Assembly (NCBI GenBank): GCA_965227515.1
Contig: CBDDFZ010000001.1
Location: 2,752,001-2,816,000 of the forward strand
Direction: 5' to 3'
Length of the DNA stretch: 64,000 bases
DNA from: Alphaproteobacteria bacterium
GTDB lineage: Bacteria; Pseudomonadota; Alphaproteobacteria; CALKHQ01
In this document: positions 56,024 to 64,000 of the stretch, one piece after another
Numbering within the stretch: the stretch's first letter is position 1
Layout: each line of letters opens with the position of its first letter
The notes under the pieces: model-generated
Seen by the model: the letters and a program-made list of their open reading frames with translations, nothing else
The model's database searches: none
What the model was told of the DNA's origin: nothing
Position numbers and translations under genes: made by a program

Positions 56024-57915
56024 CCGCGGCGAAGACATCCGGGCGCTGGCTGAACGTCGCCCAGCGCTATATCGACCATGGCCGGCCCGACATGGCGCTG
56101 CAAGCCTGCCGCGAGGCGGAGAAGGCCGCGCCGCCGACCGTGCGCAGCCGTGTGCTGGGCGGCCAGGCACAGCTTGGCACCGGCAGGGTGCGCGATGCGG
56201 TGCTGTCGTTCGCGGCGGCCCTGAAGGTCCAGCCGGGCTGCGTGCCGGCGCTGATCGGCCTCGGCAAGGCGCTCGCCCGCTGCGGCCGGTCGGACGAGGC
56301 GGCGGAGTATCTGCGGCTCGCCACCCAACTCGGTCCGGACGTGGCCGGCGGCTGGGTGGAGCGCGGTGCGCTGGCGCTGAAGGCACGTGATGCCGCCGAG
56401 GCGCTCGCGTGCTTCGAGCGGGCAACCGCGCTGATGCCCGCCAGCCGGCAAGCGCTGGGCGGGCTCGCCGCCGCCGCACAGCAACTGGGCCAACTCGGGC
56501 GCGCCCGCGAGGCCTATGCCGGCGCCATCGCACATGGCGCGCGCGATGCGACGACCCTGGGCAACTACGGGACCCTGCTGACCGAGGCGGGATGCGCGAC
56601 CGAGGCGCGGCCGATGCTGGCGCGCGCGGTGCGGGCTCGGCCCGGCGACGCCGCCGCGATCTCCAATCGGCTGTATGGGGCGCTCTACGACACGGAAGCC
56701 CGGCCCGCGGGACTGGTGGCGCTGCACCGCCGGCTCGGGCGGCGGATCGCGCCGGCGGCGCGGCTGCAAGCGCCGGTCCGCGACCGCGACCCGTCGCGCC
56801 CGCTGCGGATCGGCTACGTTTCCGGCGACTTCCGCCGTCATCCGATCGGCTTCTTCCTGGCCGACGTGCTGCACCGCCATGATCGCGCGGGCGTCGAGGT
56901 GCACTGCTTCAGCGACGTCACCGCGGCCGACTGGCTGACCGACACGCTGCGCTCCGGTAGCGACCATTGGCACGACATTGCCGGGCTGGACCACGCGGCG
57001 GCGGCGGCCGCCATTGCGGAGACAGGCATCGATGTCGCCGTCGACCTGACCGGGCACATGCGCGGCAACCGCCTGCCGGCGTTCGCCAGCCGGATGGCGC
57101 CGGTGCAGGTGTCGTGGGCGGGATATCCGGCCACCACCGGCCTGCCGGCGATGGATGCGGTGCTGCTAGACAAGTTCGTTGCCGGGGAGCGGGCGCAAGC
57201 GCATTACACCGAGCGCGCGATGGCCGATTTGCCGCTCTATGCCTGCTACGCGCCGCCGGACTATGCCCCGGCGCCTGCCGCCGGCATCGGCGGGGCAGGG
57301 GGCGAGATCCGGTTCGGCTGCTTCGGCAACCTTTCCAAGATCAACCGGGGCACGGTCGCGGCATGGGCCGCCGTGCTGGCCCGGGTGCCCGATGCCAGCT
57401 TGCTGCTGAAGGGCCACGGGCTGGACGACCCCTGGGTCAAGGACCGGCTTTCAGGTTGGTTCGCCGAGGACGGCGTTGCCGCCAGCCGCCTGCATTTCGA
57501 AGGTCCGTCGGCGCATGACGTGCTGCTGCGGCGCTACCGCGACATCGACATCATGCTCGACACCATGCCCTACACCGGCTCGACGACCATGATGGAGGCG
57601 CTGTGGATGGGGGTGCCGGCGGTCTCGTTGGCCGGCGTGCTCTACCACCAGCGCCATGGCGGGGCGGTGCTCGACGCCGCCGGGCTGGGCGACCTCGTCG
57701 CTGACAGCACGCAAGCCTATGTCGACACTGCCGTGGCACTCGCCACCGACACCGATCGCCTGCTTGCGGTGCGCGACGGCCTCCGCGACCGGGTTGCGGC
57801 CTCGCCCATATGCGATGGCGGCGCCATGGCGGCGGCGTTAGAGAGGAGTTACCGGAGGCTCATACGGCATCAATTTCAAGACAGCACCTCTGTTACATCC
57901 CGTGCGCGGAAATGA
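56005..57915 (+). CDS. TPR-containing O-GlcNAc transferase-like (SPINDLY/GT41) protein
   Basis: TPR repeats; RIGYVSGDFRRHP, DLTGH, APVQVSWAGYPATTG, FGNLSK, LDTMPY..TT..EALWMGVP. Confidence 0.88.
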   Translation: MAADPLAAAKTSGRWLNVAQRYIDHGRPDMALQACREAEKAAPPTVRSRVLGGQAQLGTGRVRDAVLSFAAALKVQPGCVPALIGLGKALARCGRSDEAAEYLRLATQLGPDVAGGWVERGALALKARDAAEALACFERATALMPASRQALGGLAAAAQQLGQLGRAREAYAGAIAHGARDATTLGNYGTLLTEAGCATEARPMLARAVRARPGDAAAISNRLYGALYDTEARPAGLVALHRRLGRRIAPAARLQAPVRDRDPSRPLRIGYVSGDFRRHPIGFFLADVLHRHDRAGVEVHCFSDVTAADWLTDTLRSGSDHWHDIAGLDHAAAAAAIAETGIDVAVDLTGHMRGNRLPAFASRMAPVQVSWAGYPATTGLPAMDAVLLDKFVAGERAQAHYTERAMADLPLYACYAPPDYAPAPAAGIGGAGGEIRFGCFGNLSKINRGTVAAWAAVLARVPDASLLLKGHGLDDPWVKDRLSGWFAEDGVAASRLHFEGPSAHDVLLRRYRDIDIMLDTMPYTGSTTMMEALWMGVPAVSLAGVLYHQRHGGAVLDAAGLGDLVADSTQAYVDTAVALATDTDRLLAVRDGLRDRVAASPICDGGAMAAALERSYRRLIRHQFQDSTSVTSRARK

Positions 57916-58137
57916 CGATCTAACACGCTTCCGATTTCAGAGAGATTGCAGATCATTTTGCCTACTGTTATAATATTTCGCATGTGGCCTGTGGGAATTT
58001 ATGCAGTTTCCGCGGCAGGTAGAAGCTTGTTCTCGGTGCATATGGAAGAATATTAAGGCGACAATTCAGTCTTATTTTGCAAAAAATGAGTGCTCGTGGC
58101 ACATACAGACAGATTAGCCAGGTTGAGGAGCAATATC

Positions 58138-58791
58138 GTGAGCATTTTATATAATAGGAGGTCTTTTAGCTTAACAGTGGCCACTGGGTGCATCGCACCT
58201 AAGTTGGTTGGCGCCCAAGATCGTACCTGCAATGATGTGAAAGTTCACTTTGTTTCCTTGCCGGGGTCATATGGCGAGGAGCTCTACGCGGGGGTGGCGA
58301 AAGCTGTGGAGGTTTCCCCTCCTTTAGTGTGTCAAATTGGAACCTTTTTGGCTGTATATGAGGATTTGCTCCAGCTAGACTTCCTTCTTCGGCAATATAA
58401 TAGTGTCAATGAGTTGCCTGTTGTTGTTGGTAGTTTTGGATATAGATACTCGAGGATTTTAGCTGACTCTTATCCTAACATAATTTTTGTCGAAATTGCT
58501 CTGTCACCTCAGATCAGGCGAGCATCTCCAGGAAATCTCGTGGTAGTACCGATCTCCGGTGTTGCCGAAGTCTCTGCAAAGTTAAATTGGTCTGTGAATG
58601 TGTTTATCGGTTTTCTGACCACGGTCGTATTTACGGAATGGGCAAGGTATGTTATTGATAATCCGGGACAATTTAGCTCCAACATTGTGTCTAGTGAATT
58701 TTTTTCTGTTCCCTTTCAAATTCAAGCTGGAGATTTAGATATCAAAATGAATATGGATCAGCGTTATGGGAGATTCGAACCAATTCTATGA
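58138..58791 (+). CDS. AT-rich hypothetical protein, possibly Tat-exported
   Basis: GAGGAG before GTG; NRRSF motif; start uncertain. Confidence 0.45.
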   Translation: MSILYNRRSFSLTVATGCIAPKLVGAQDRTCNDVKVHFVSLPGSYGEELYAGVAKAVEVSPPLVCQIGTFLAVYEDLLQLDFLLRQYNSVNELPVVVGSFGYRYSRILADSYPNIIFVEIALSPQIRRASPGNLVVVPISGVAEVSAKLNWSVNVFIGFLTTVVFTEWARYVIDNPGQFSSNIVSSEFFSVPFQIQAGDLDIKMNMDQRYGRFEPIL

Positions 58792-58798
58792 TGTGGAG

Positions 58799-59146
58799 AT
58801 GAAAATGCCTGGTAAAGATGTTTCCGCTGATGATGGGTTCGAGTTGGCAAAAAGCCTATTCAGTGTGGGTTTCAGCATGCTGGCGCTCGGGTTCACGGTT
58901 CTTGTTTCTATTGTTACATTCATAGCAAGCCATCCAACATTGTCAACACAAGGAGCAGATCGGGCTCATTCCGTCATTTGGACTGTTATACCTGTGATAG
59001 CATTATCTTCGCTTGTGGTGATGTCTTGTTTGATGCGATTTCTGAACGTTATTTCGTATGTCTGGCCGGCATCAATTGTGATGATGATGCTATCTATCTA
59101 CCTATTGGGTGCGACTGTGGTGTGGGCTTTTCTGTATTTAGGGTGA
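58799..59146 (+). CDS. AT-rich 3-TM membrane protein
   Basis: Three hydrophobic segments; GGAG upstream. Confidence 0.55.
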   Translation: MKMPGKDVSADDGFELAKSLFSVGFSMLALGFTVLVSIVTFIASHPTLSTQGADRAHSVIWTVIPVIALSSLVVMSCLMRFLNVISYVWPASIVMMMLSIYLLGATVVWAFLYLG

Positions 59147-59155
59147 GAATCAACA

Positions 59156-59485
59156 ATGTCTTTGCTAGATCCAAAAGATAGAAGTTTGCTGGTAAATACG
59201 TCGATTATTAATGTCTACCTAGAAAGTAATACTACATTCTATGTAGAATTTTTGTATGGTTTGGTGGACTCTCTGCCGCCAGATCATCCTATGCGAGACT
59301 TACATGGGCTGTCGGATTTATTGAGCGGCCATCTCAATCGGAATGACGATGACCTTAATGGTATATTGATTGATTTAATAGGGCTAGAGAATGAACTCTT
59401 GAGAATTCAATATTTTGATATGATTGCGCGTTATTTTATCGATGAAGCAGATGCAGCAAAATTGTGTGGGCGATATGATTGTTAG
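59156..59485 (+). CDS. AT-rich acidic hypothetical protein
   Basis: 109-codon ORF 9 bp after the previous stop. Confidence 0.5.
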   Translation: MSLLDPKDRSLLVNTSIINVYLESNTTFYVEFLYGLVDSLPPDHPMRDLHGLSDLLSGHLNRNDDDLNGILIDLIGLENELLRIQYFDMIARYFIDEADAAKLCGRYDC

Positions 59486-59595
59486 GGCGATTGCACGGAC
59501 TAGTAATTCCGTTGCCGAGGAGGGTTGGGTGATCCGCCGCGAACACTGGCTGGCACCGGTGGATGGCGCCAGCCAGTACGAACGCGACCCGCCGG

Positions 59596-60045
59596 CTACT
59601 GTTCCGGCTCCACGTTGAGGGCCGAGCCCTCGACCGCGGTGATGACGACGGCGGTGCCTGCGGGCATGTCACGGCCCGAGATCTTCCAGGTCGAATCGCC
59701 GATCTTTAAGCGGCCCGATCCATTCACGATGGGATCGGACAGCGTGTAGCGCTTGCCGATGAATTGCTCGCCGCGCCGGTTGAGCAGGGGCCGGTCCGAC
59801 TCCTCGTTCACCTTGTAGATCCAGCGCCGTCCGCTGAGGGCGGTCGCAACGCCGAGGCCGGCGAAGATCAGGAACTGGTAGGCGACCCCCATGTCCTGGA
59901 AGATCAGCACGACCACGCCGGTGAGTGCCGCCGAGACGCCGATCCAGATCAGGCTGGCGCCCGGCACCACAACTTCGAGGGCTATCAGCAGGACCCCTGC
60001 CGCGAACCAGTGCCAGTAGTAGGGACCTGTCAGGAGCTCGTCCAT
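59596..60045 (-). CDS. NfeD-like (YbbJ) membrane protein
   Basis: LLIALEVVVPG, LNRRGEQFIG, GRLKIGDSTW. Confidence 0.9.
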   Translation of the reverse strand: MDELLTGPYYWHWFAAGVLLIALEVVVPGASLIWIGVSAALTGVVVLIFQDMGVAYQFLIFAGLGVATALSGRRWIYKVNEESDRPLLNRRGEQFIGKRYTLSDPIVNGSGRLKIGDSTWKISGRDMPAGTAVVITAVEGSALNVEPEQ

Positions 60046-61124
60046 GGACCACCTCCGATGGATGCCGTCGGACCAACGGCCGGGGCCGCCGACGCGCTGG
60101 AAGACGATGACTTGCTGGATGACGACGGGCCGGCGGACGATGTCGACCGCCGTGGCGCAGGCTTGCTGCCGCCGCCCGACGGACCGCTGCCGCCGGAGCC
60201 GCCACCCCCGCCTAGCGCGTCCTTGGCCAGTTCGGCCACGCCGGCGATGGAGCCGATGACGCCCGATGCCTCGATCGGCATCATGATCACCTTCTCGTTC
60301 GGCGCGGAGGCGATGTCGCGCAGTGCCTCCACATAGCGCTGGGCGATGAAGTAGTTGATCGCCTGGACGTTGCCGCCGGAAATCGCTTCGGAGACCATCT
60401 GGGTCGCCTTCGCCTCGGCCTCGGCCTGCCTCTCGCGCGCCTCGGCGTCGCGGAACGCGGCCTCGCGCCGGCCCTCGGCCTGCAGGATGGCGGACTGCTT
60501 CTCGCCCTCGGCCCGCAGAATCTCTGACTGCCGCACACCCTCGGCCTCCAGGATCGAGGCGCGGCGGTCACGCTCGGCCTTCATCTGGCGCGCCATGCTG
60601 TCGACCAGGTCGCGCGGCGGGGTGATGTCCTTGATCTCGATGCGGGTGACCTTGATGCCCCACGGGTTGGTCGCCTCGTCGACCACGACCAGCAGCCGGC
60701 TGTTGATCTCGTCACGCTCGGACAATAGGATATCCAGGTCCATCGAGCCCATGACCGTTCGGATATTGGTCATGGTCAGGTTCAGGATCGCATTGGTCAG
60801 GTCGCGCACCTCGTAGGCGGCCTTCACCGAGTCCAGGATCTGGTAGAACACGACGCCATCGACCGTGATCATGGCGTTGTCCTTGGTGATGACCTCCTGG
60901 CTGGGCACGTCCAGCACCTGTTCCATCACGTTGATGCGCGCACCGACCCGGTCGATCACCGGAAAGAGGAAGTTGAGGCCTGGCCGGATCAGTCGCGTGT
61001 ATCGACCGAAACGCTCGACTGTGTATTCATAGCCTTGCGGAACCGACTTGACCCCGAGGAAGATTAGAACAATGGCCAGGATGACCAGAGCGATTAAGAA
61101 AACTCCGAAACCGCCGATTTCCAT
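60030..61124 (-). CDS. SPFH/band-7 protein (QmcA-like) with a Gly/Ser tail
   Basis: VERFGRY, QEVITKDN, WGIKVTRIEIKDI, QMKAER. Confidence 0.93.
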   Translation of the reverse strand: MEIGGFGVFLIALVILAIVLIFLGVKSVPQGYEYTVERFGRYTRLIRPGLNFLFPVIDRVGARINVMEQVLDVPSQEVITKDNAMITVDGVVFYQILDSVKAAYEVRDLTNAILNLTMTNIRTVMGSMDLDILLSERDEINSRLLVVVDEATNPWGIKVTRIEIKDITPPRDLVDSMARQMKAERDRRASILEAEGVRQSEILRAEGEKQSAILQAEGRREAAFRDAEARERQAEAEAKATQMVSEAISGGNVQAINYFIAQRYVEALRDIASAPNEKVIMMPIEASGVIGSIAGVAELAKDALGGGGGSGGSGPSGGGSKPAPRRSTSSAGPSSSSKSSSSSASAAPAVGPTASIGGGPWTSS

Positions 61125-61211
61125 TTCTCCTCCTGCGAGTGTTGCCACTCTCTCTTATGTTGTGATTCCGAGGACTGAACTCAATACTGCGTTGTGCGGA
61201 TTCTGTGCTGC

Positions 61212-61853
61212 TTAATCCAACAGGCCAAGGCGACGCAGCGCATCTGCAAGGGTTTCAGCGTCGTTGAAGTGCACGGTGTGAAAGCCCAGGTCGCGGGCTG
61301 CGAGGATGTTCTTTTCAGCATCGTCGATGAAGACGGCATCTTCGGGGCGAAATCCATAGCGGCTGGTCAGGATATCGTAAATCGCGCGGTCGGGCTTGAC
61401 CTCGCGCTCGACGCCGGAGACGACGATACCGTCGAAACGGTGCAGAAACGCGAACCGCGCCTGGGCGATGGGGAAGGTTTCGGCCGACCAGTTGGTCAGC
61501 CCATAGGTCGGAATGCCGGCCGCGCGCACACGGTTGAACACCGCCACCGTGTCGTCCAGCGCGCCGGCGATCATCTCTTCCCAGCGGTCGCGGTAGGTGC
61601 GGATGTGATCGGCCCAGTCCGGGTGCGCGTCGACCAGCTCGGCGACCACCTCGTCGAAGGTGCGCCCGGCGTCCAGGCTCAGGTTGCGCTCGTGGGTCCA
61701 GACCTCGGCAAGGAAGCGCTCGATCTCGGCCTCGTCGTCCATCACCTTGCGGTAGAGGTAGCGCGGGTTCCAGTCGATCAGCACGCCGCCCAGGTCGAAC
61801 ACGACGATGCTGGGGTTCGGCTTGGAAGCGCGATTGGGGTCAGGCGGGCTCAT
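61212..61853 (-). CDS. HAD family phosphatase
   Basis: FDLGGVL, LTNWS, KPDRAIY, FIDD. Confidence 0.9.
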   Translation of the reverse strand: MSPPDPNRASKPNPSIVVFDLGGVLIDWNPRYLYRKVMDDEAEIERFLAEVWTHERNLSLDAGRTFDEVVAELVDAHPDWADHIRTYRDRWEEMIAGALDDTVAVFNRVRAAGIPTYGLTNWSAETFPIAQARFAFLHRFDGIVVSGVEREVKPDRAIYDILTSRYGFRPEDAVFIDDAEKNILAARDLGFHTVHFNDAETLADALRRLGLLD

Positions 61854-62629
61854 GGCATGAATTGTTCCTTGATGATCCGCTCCTGCAGGTTCTGGTCGGC
61901 ATCGAACAGCAGCGGAATCTCCACGGCCCGGTCCTCGGCAACCCGTACGGTGACGACGTTGCGCACCTCGGTGGAGTCGGCGACGGCGCTGACCGGACGC
62001 TTGGCGTGGTCGGCGATGCGGAATTCGATGGTGGCATTGGCCGGCAGCACGGCGCCACGCCAGCGGCGGGGCCGGAATGCGCTGATCGGGGTCAGCGCCA
62101 GAAGTTCTGCCCCCAGCGGCAGGATCGGGCCGTGGGCCGAGAGATTGTAGGCGGTGCTTCCCGCAGGTGTCGCCACCATCACGCCGTCGCAGATCAGCTC
62201 GTCCAGCCGCTCCACCCCATCGACACTGATCGAGATCTTGGCTGCCTGGCGGGTCTGACGCAGCAGCGACACCTCGTTGATCGCCAGCGCCTCGTGGACG
62301 CCGCCGTCGGCGGTTTCCGCGTGCATGCGCAGGGTGTGGAGCGTGACCAGTTCGGCATTGGCGATGCGGTCCGGCAGGTCGCCATTGCGGTAGTCGTTCA
62401 TCAGGAAGCCGACCGAGCCGCGGTTGATGCCGAACACCGGCTTGCCGCTGTGCAGGTGGCGGTGCAGCGTCTCCAGCATGAAACCGTCGCCGCCCACCGC
62501 GACGATGACGTCGGCGTCCGCCACCGGCACGGTCCGATAGTGCGCCAGCAGTTCGGCCATGGCCGATTGCGCCTCCGGCACGTCCGCGGCGACGATGGCG
62601 ATATCGGTGCGGGAATCGTCGTCAGACAT
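61850..62629 (-). CDS. nadK: NAD kinase
   Basis: [38 protein letters not shown]. Confidence 0.93.
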   Translation of the reverse strand: MSDDDSRTDIAIVAADVPEAQSAMAELLAHYRTVPVADADVIVAVGGDGFMLETLHRHLHSGKPVFGINRGSVGFLMNDYRNGDLPDRIANAELVTLHTLRMHAETADGGVHEALAINEVSLLRQTRQAAKISISVDGVERLDELICDGVMVATPAGSTAYNLSAHGPILPLGAELLALTPISAFRPRRWRGAVLPANATIEFRIADHAKRPVSAVADSTEVRNVVTVRVAEDRAVEIPLLFDADQNLQERIIKEQFMP

Positions 62630-62738
62630 GGAAGGGCGGCGGGTTGGCGGCGGCCGCGAGTGGCGGCGGCGCGGGCGACCGTCAGGTAGCACATCGCCGG
62701 GCCGGTGGCTATAATCCGCCGCAGCCGGAGGGACTGCC

Positions 62739-63251
62739 ATGATCCGAACCTTGCTCATCAAGCCGTTGCTTGCGGCGACGCTGCTGACAGGTGCCAGCCT
62801 GGGCCCTGTCGCCGCCGAAGACCGCCATGTCGGCTACTACTACCCCGAGCCGCAGGAGATCGAGGTCTACGAGCCGCGGGTGCTGGAACTGCCCGGCAAC
62901 GACCGGCTGCGCCGCATCGGCTTCGTCACCGGCATGATGACCGGGCTGATGAGCCAGCCCTATCCGCCCACTGTCTCGATCTTCGCCAAGGGCGCCGAGG
63001 CGGAGAAGCTGATCATCGTGGGGCTGGAGGACCATCGCTACAACTCGGCCTATCGCATGCGCGGCTTGCTGGCGATGATGACCGCGTTTGCGCGCAACAC
63101 GCCGGCGCTGCAACAGACCGGCTACGAGGAGTACCTGACGTTCTTCGACTTGTGCGGCATGCTGGGCTTTCAGCAGATCACCTTCACCGACGGCCAGGAC
63201 TTCGCCCACCAGATCCTGCTGCGGCCCGGCGGCGCGCAGGAGCCGGAGTAG
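62739..63251 (+). CDS. Conserved exported hypothetical protein
   Basis: GGAGG RBS; signal peptide; [20 protein letters not shown]. Confidence 0.75.
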   Translation: MIRTLLIKPLLAATLLTGASLGPVAAEDRHVGYYYPEPQEIEVYEPRVLELPGNDRLRRIGFVTGMMTGLMSQPYPPTVSIFAKGAEAEKLIIVGLEDHRYNSAYRMRGLLAMMTAFARNTPALQQTGYEEYLTFFDLCGMLGFQQITFTDGQDFAHQILLRPGGAQEPE

Positions 63252-63273
63252 GGGCGCGGCCGCGCCGGCACGG

Positions 63274-64000
63274 ATGCCCCAGGGTCGCCCCGACACCAGC
63301 GCCCTCGACCCCGTGCGCGATGCGCGCGAGATCGTGTTTGCGCTGGCGGCGTGGGATTTCCCCTGGGACATCGAGCGGTCGCTGGAGTTCGCGCTGTTCC
63401 GCACTTATGCGGTGCCCTCGATCTCCGCGCTGCTGGTCCACACCGGGGAGTTCGAGCAGCGCACCCGCAAGCGCTATGACGACACCGAGCTGATCCTGGC
63501 CGAGATCCAGCAGCACGGCGCCGACCACCCGCGTGGCGCCGCGGCCCTGGCGCGCATGAACGCCATGCACGGGCGCTTCCGCATCCCCAACGAAAACTTC
63601 TTGTACGTGCTGTCGACGTTCGTGTTCGAGCCGATGCGCTGGATCGAGCGCTTCGGCTGGCGCCAGCTCAGCGCGGCGGAGAAGGCGGCGATGTTCCACT
63701 ACTACCGCGACCTGGGCGCGCGGATGGGCATTCGCGATATCCCGACCGACCTGGCGGCGTTCGAGGCGTTCAACTGCGACTTCGAGGCAGCGCATTTCCG
63801 CCATGCCGCATCCAACGCGCGGATCGGGACCAAGACCTTGGACCTGCTGCTGGGCTTCTATCTGCCGCGCGCGCTGTTCGGCCTGGCACGGCCCGGCGCA
63901 TATGCGCTGATGGACCCGCCGCTGCGCGCTGCCATGGGCTTTCCCGACCCGCCGCGCTGGCTGTGCCGGGCGATGCCGGCCGCGTTGCGGTTGCGCGCAT
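63274..64000 (+). CDS. Oxygenase MpaB/DUF2236 family protein (truncated by window end)
   Basis: My translation: FALFRTYAVPSISALL..TGEF..KRYDDT..RMNAMH..YVLSTF. Confidence 0.85.
   Translation, partial: MPQGRPDTSALDPVRDAREIVFALAAWDFPWDIERSLEFALFRTYAVPSISALLVHTGEFEQRTRKRYDDTELILAEIQQHGADHPRGAAALARMNAMHGRFRIPNENFLYVLSTFVFEPMRWIERFGWRQLSAAEKAAMFHYYRDLGARMGIRDIPTDLAAFEAFNCDFEAAHFRHAASNARIGTKTLDLLLGFYLPRALFGLARPGAYALMDPPLRAAMGFPDPPRWLCRAMPAALRLRA

Noticed and set aside
60030-60220. Gly/Ser-rich tail of the SPFH protein
   Set aside because: Low-complexity tails are common in QmcA homologs.

Overview
A GC-rich alphaproteobacterial chromosomal segment. Bases 1-10,500 are the right arm of an integrative element inserted at the 3' end of tRNA-Arg(CCT). 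The arm carries a Type I R-M HsdR plus an M48-like peptidase, palindromic oriT-like DNA, a protein that looks like an IS1595 transposase lacking its catalytic core, small membrane ORFs, a TraG/VirD4 coupling protein without an N-terminal anchor, and a large serine recombinase preceded by a LexA-type box; the recombinase ORF has no stop before the tRNA. Next comes a tRNA-Leu(UAA) gene split by a 300-nt group I intron. The rest is mostly host metabolism: TDO, a CyaC-like cyclase, sugar ABC, FeS photolyase, hydantoinase B, a GMC cluster, acdA, gnd/gntK, lpxO, ltaE, glycosyltransferases, SPFH/NfeD and NAD kinase. Oddities include a TA toxin inactivated by deletion, four tandem diverged lipoproteins, an IS481 inserted in the loop of a REP-like palindrome, two RHH-CxxC micro-proteins beside a HupE/UreJ gene, and an AT-rich three-gene islet. 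All family calls come from motif recognition by eye, not database searches. No CRISPR array or rRNA was seen.
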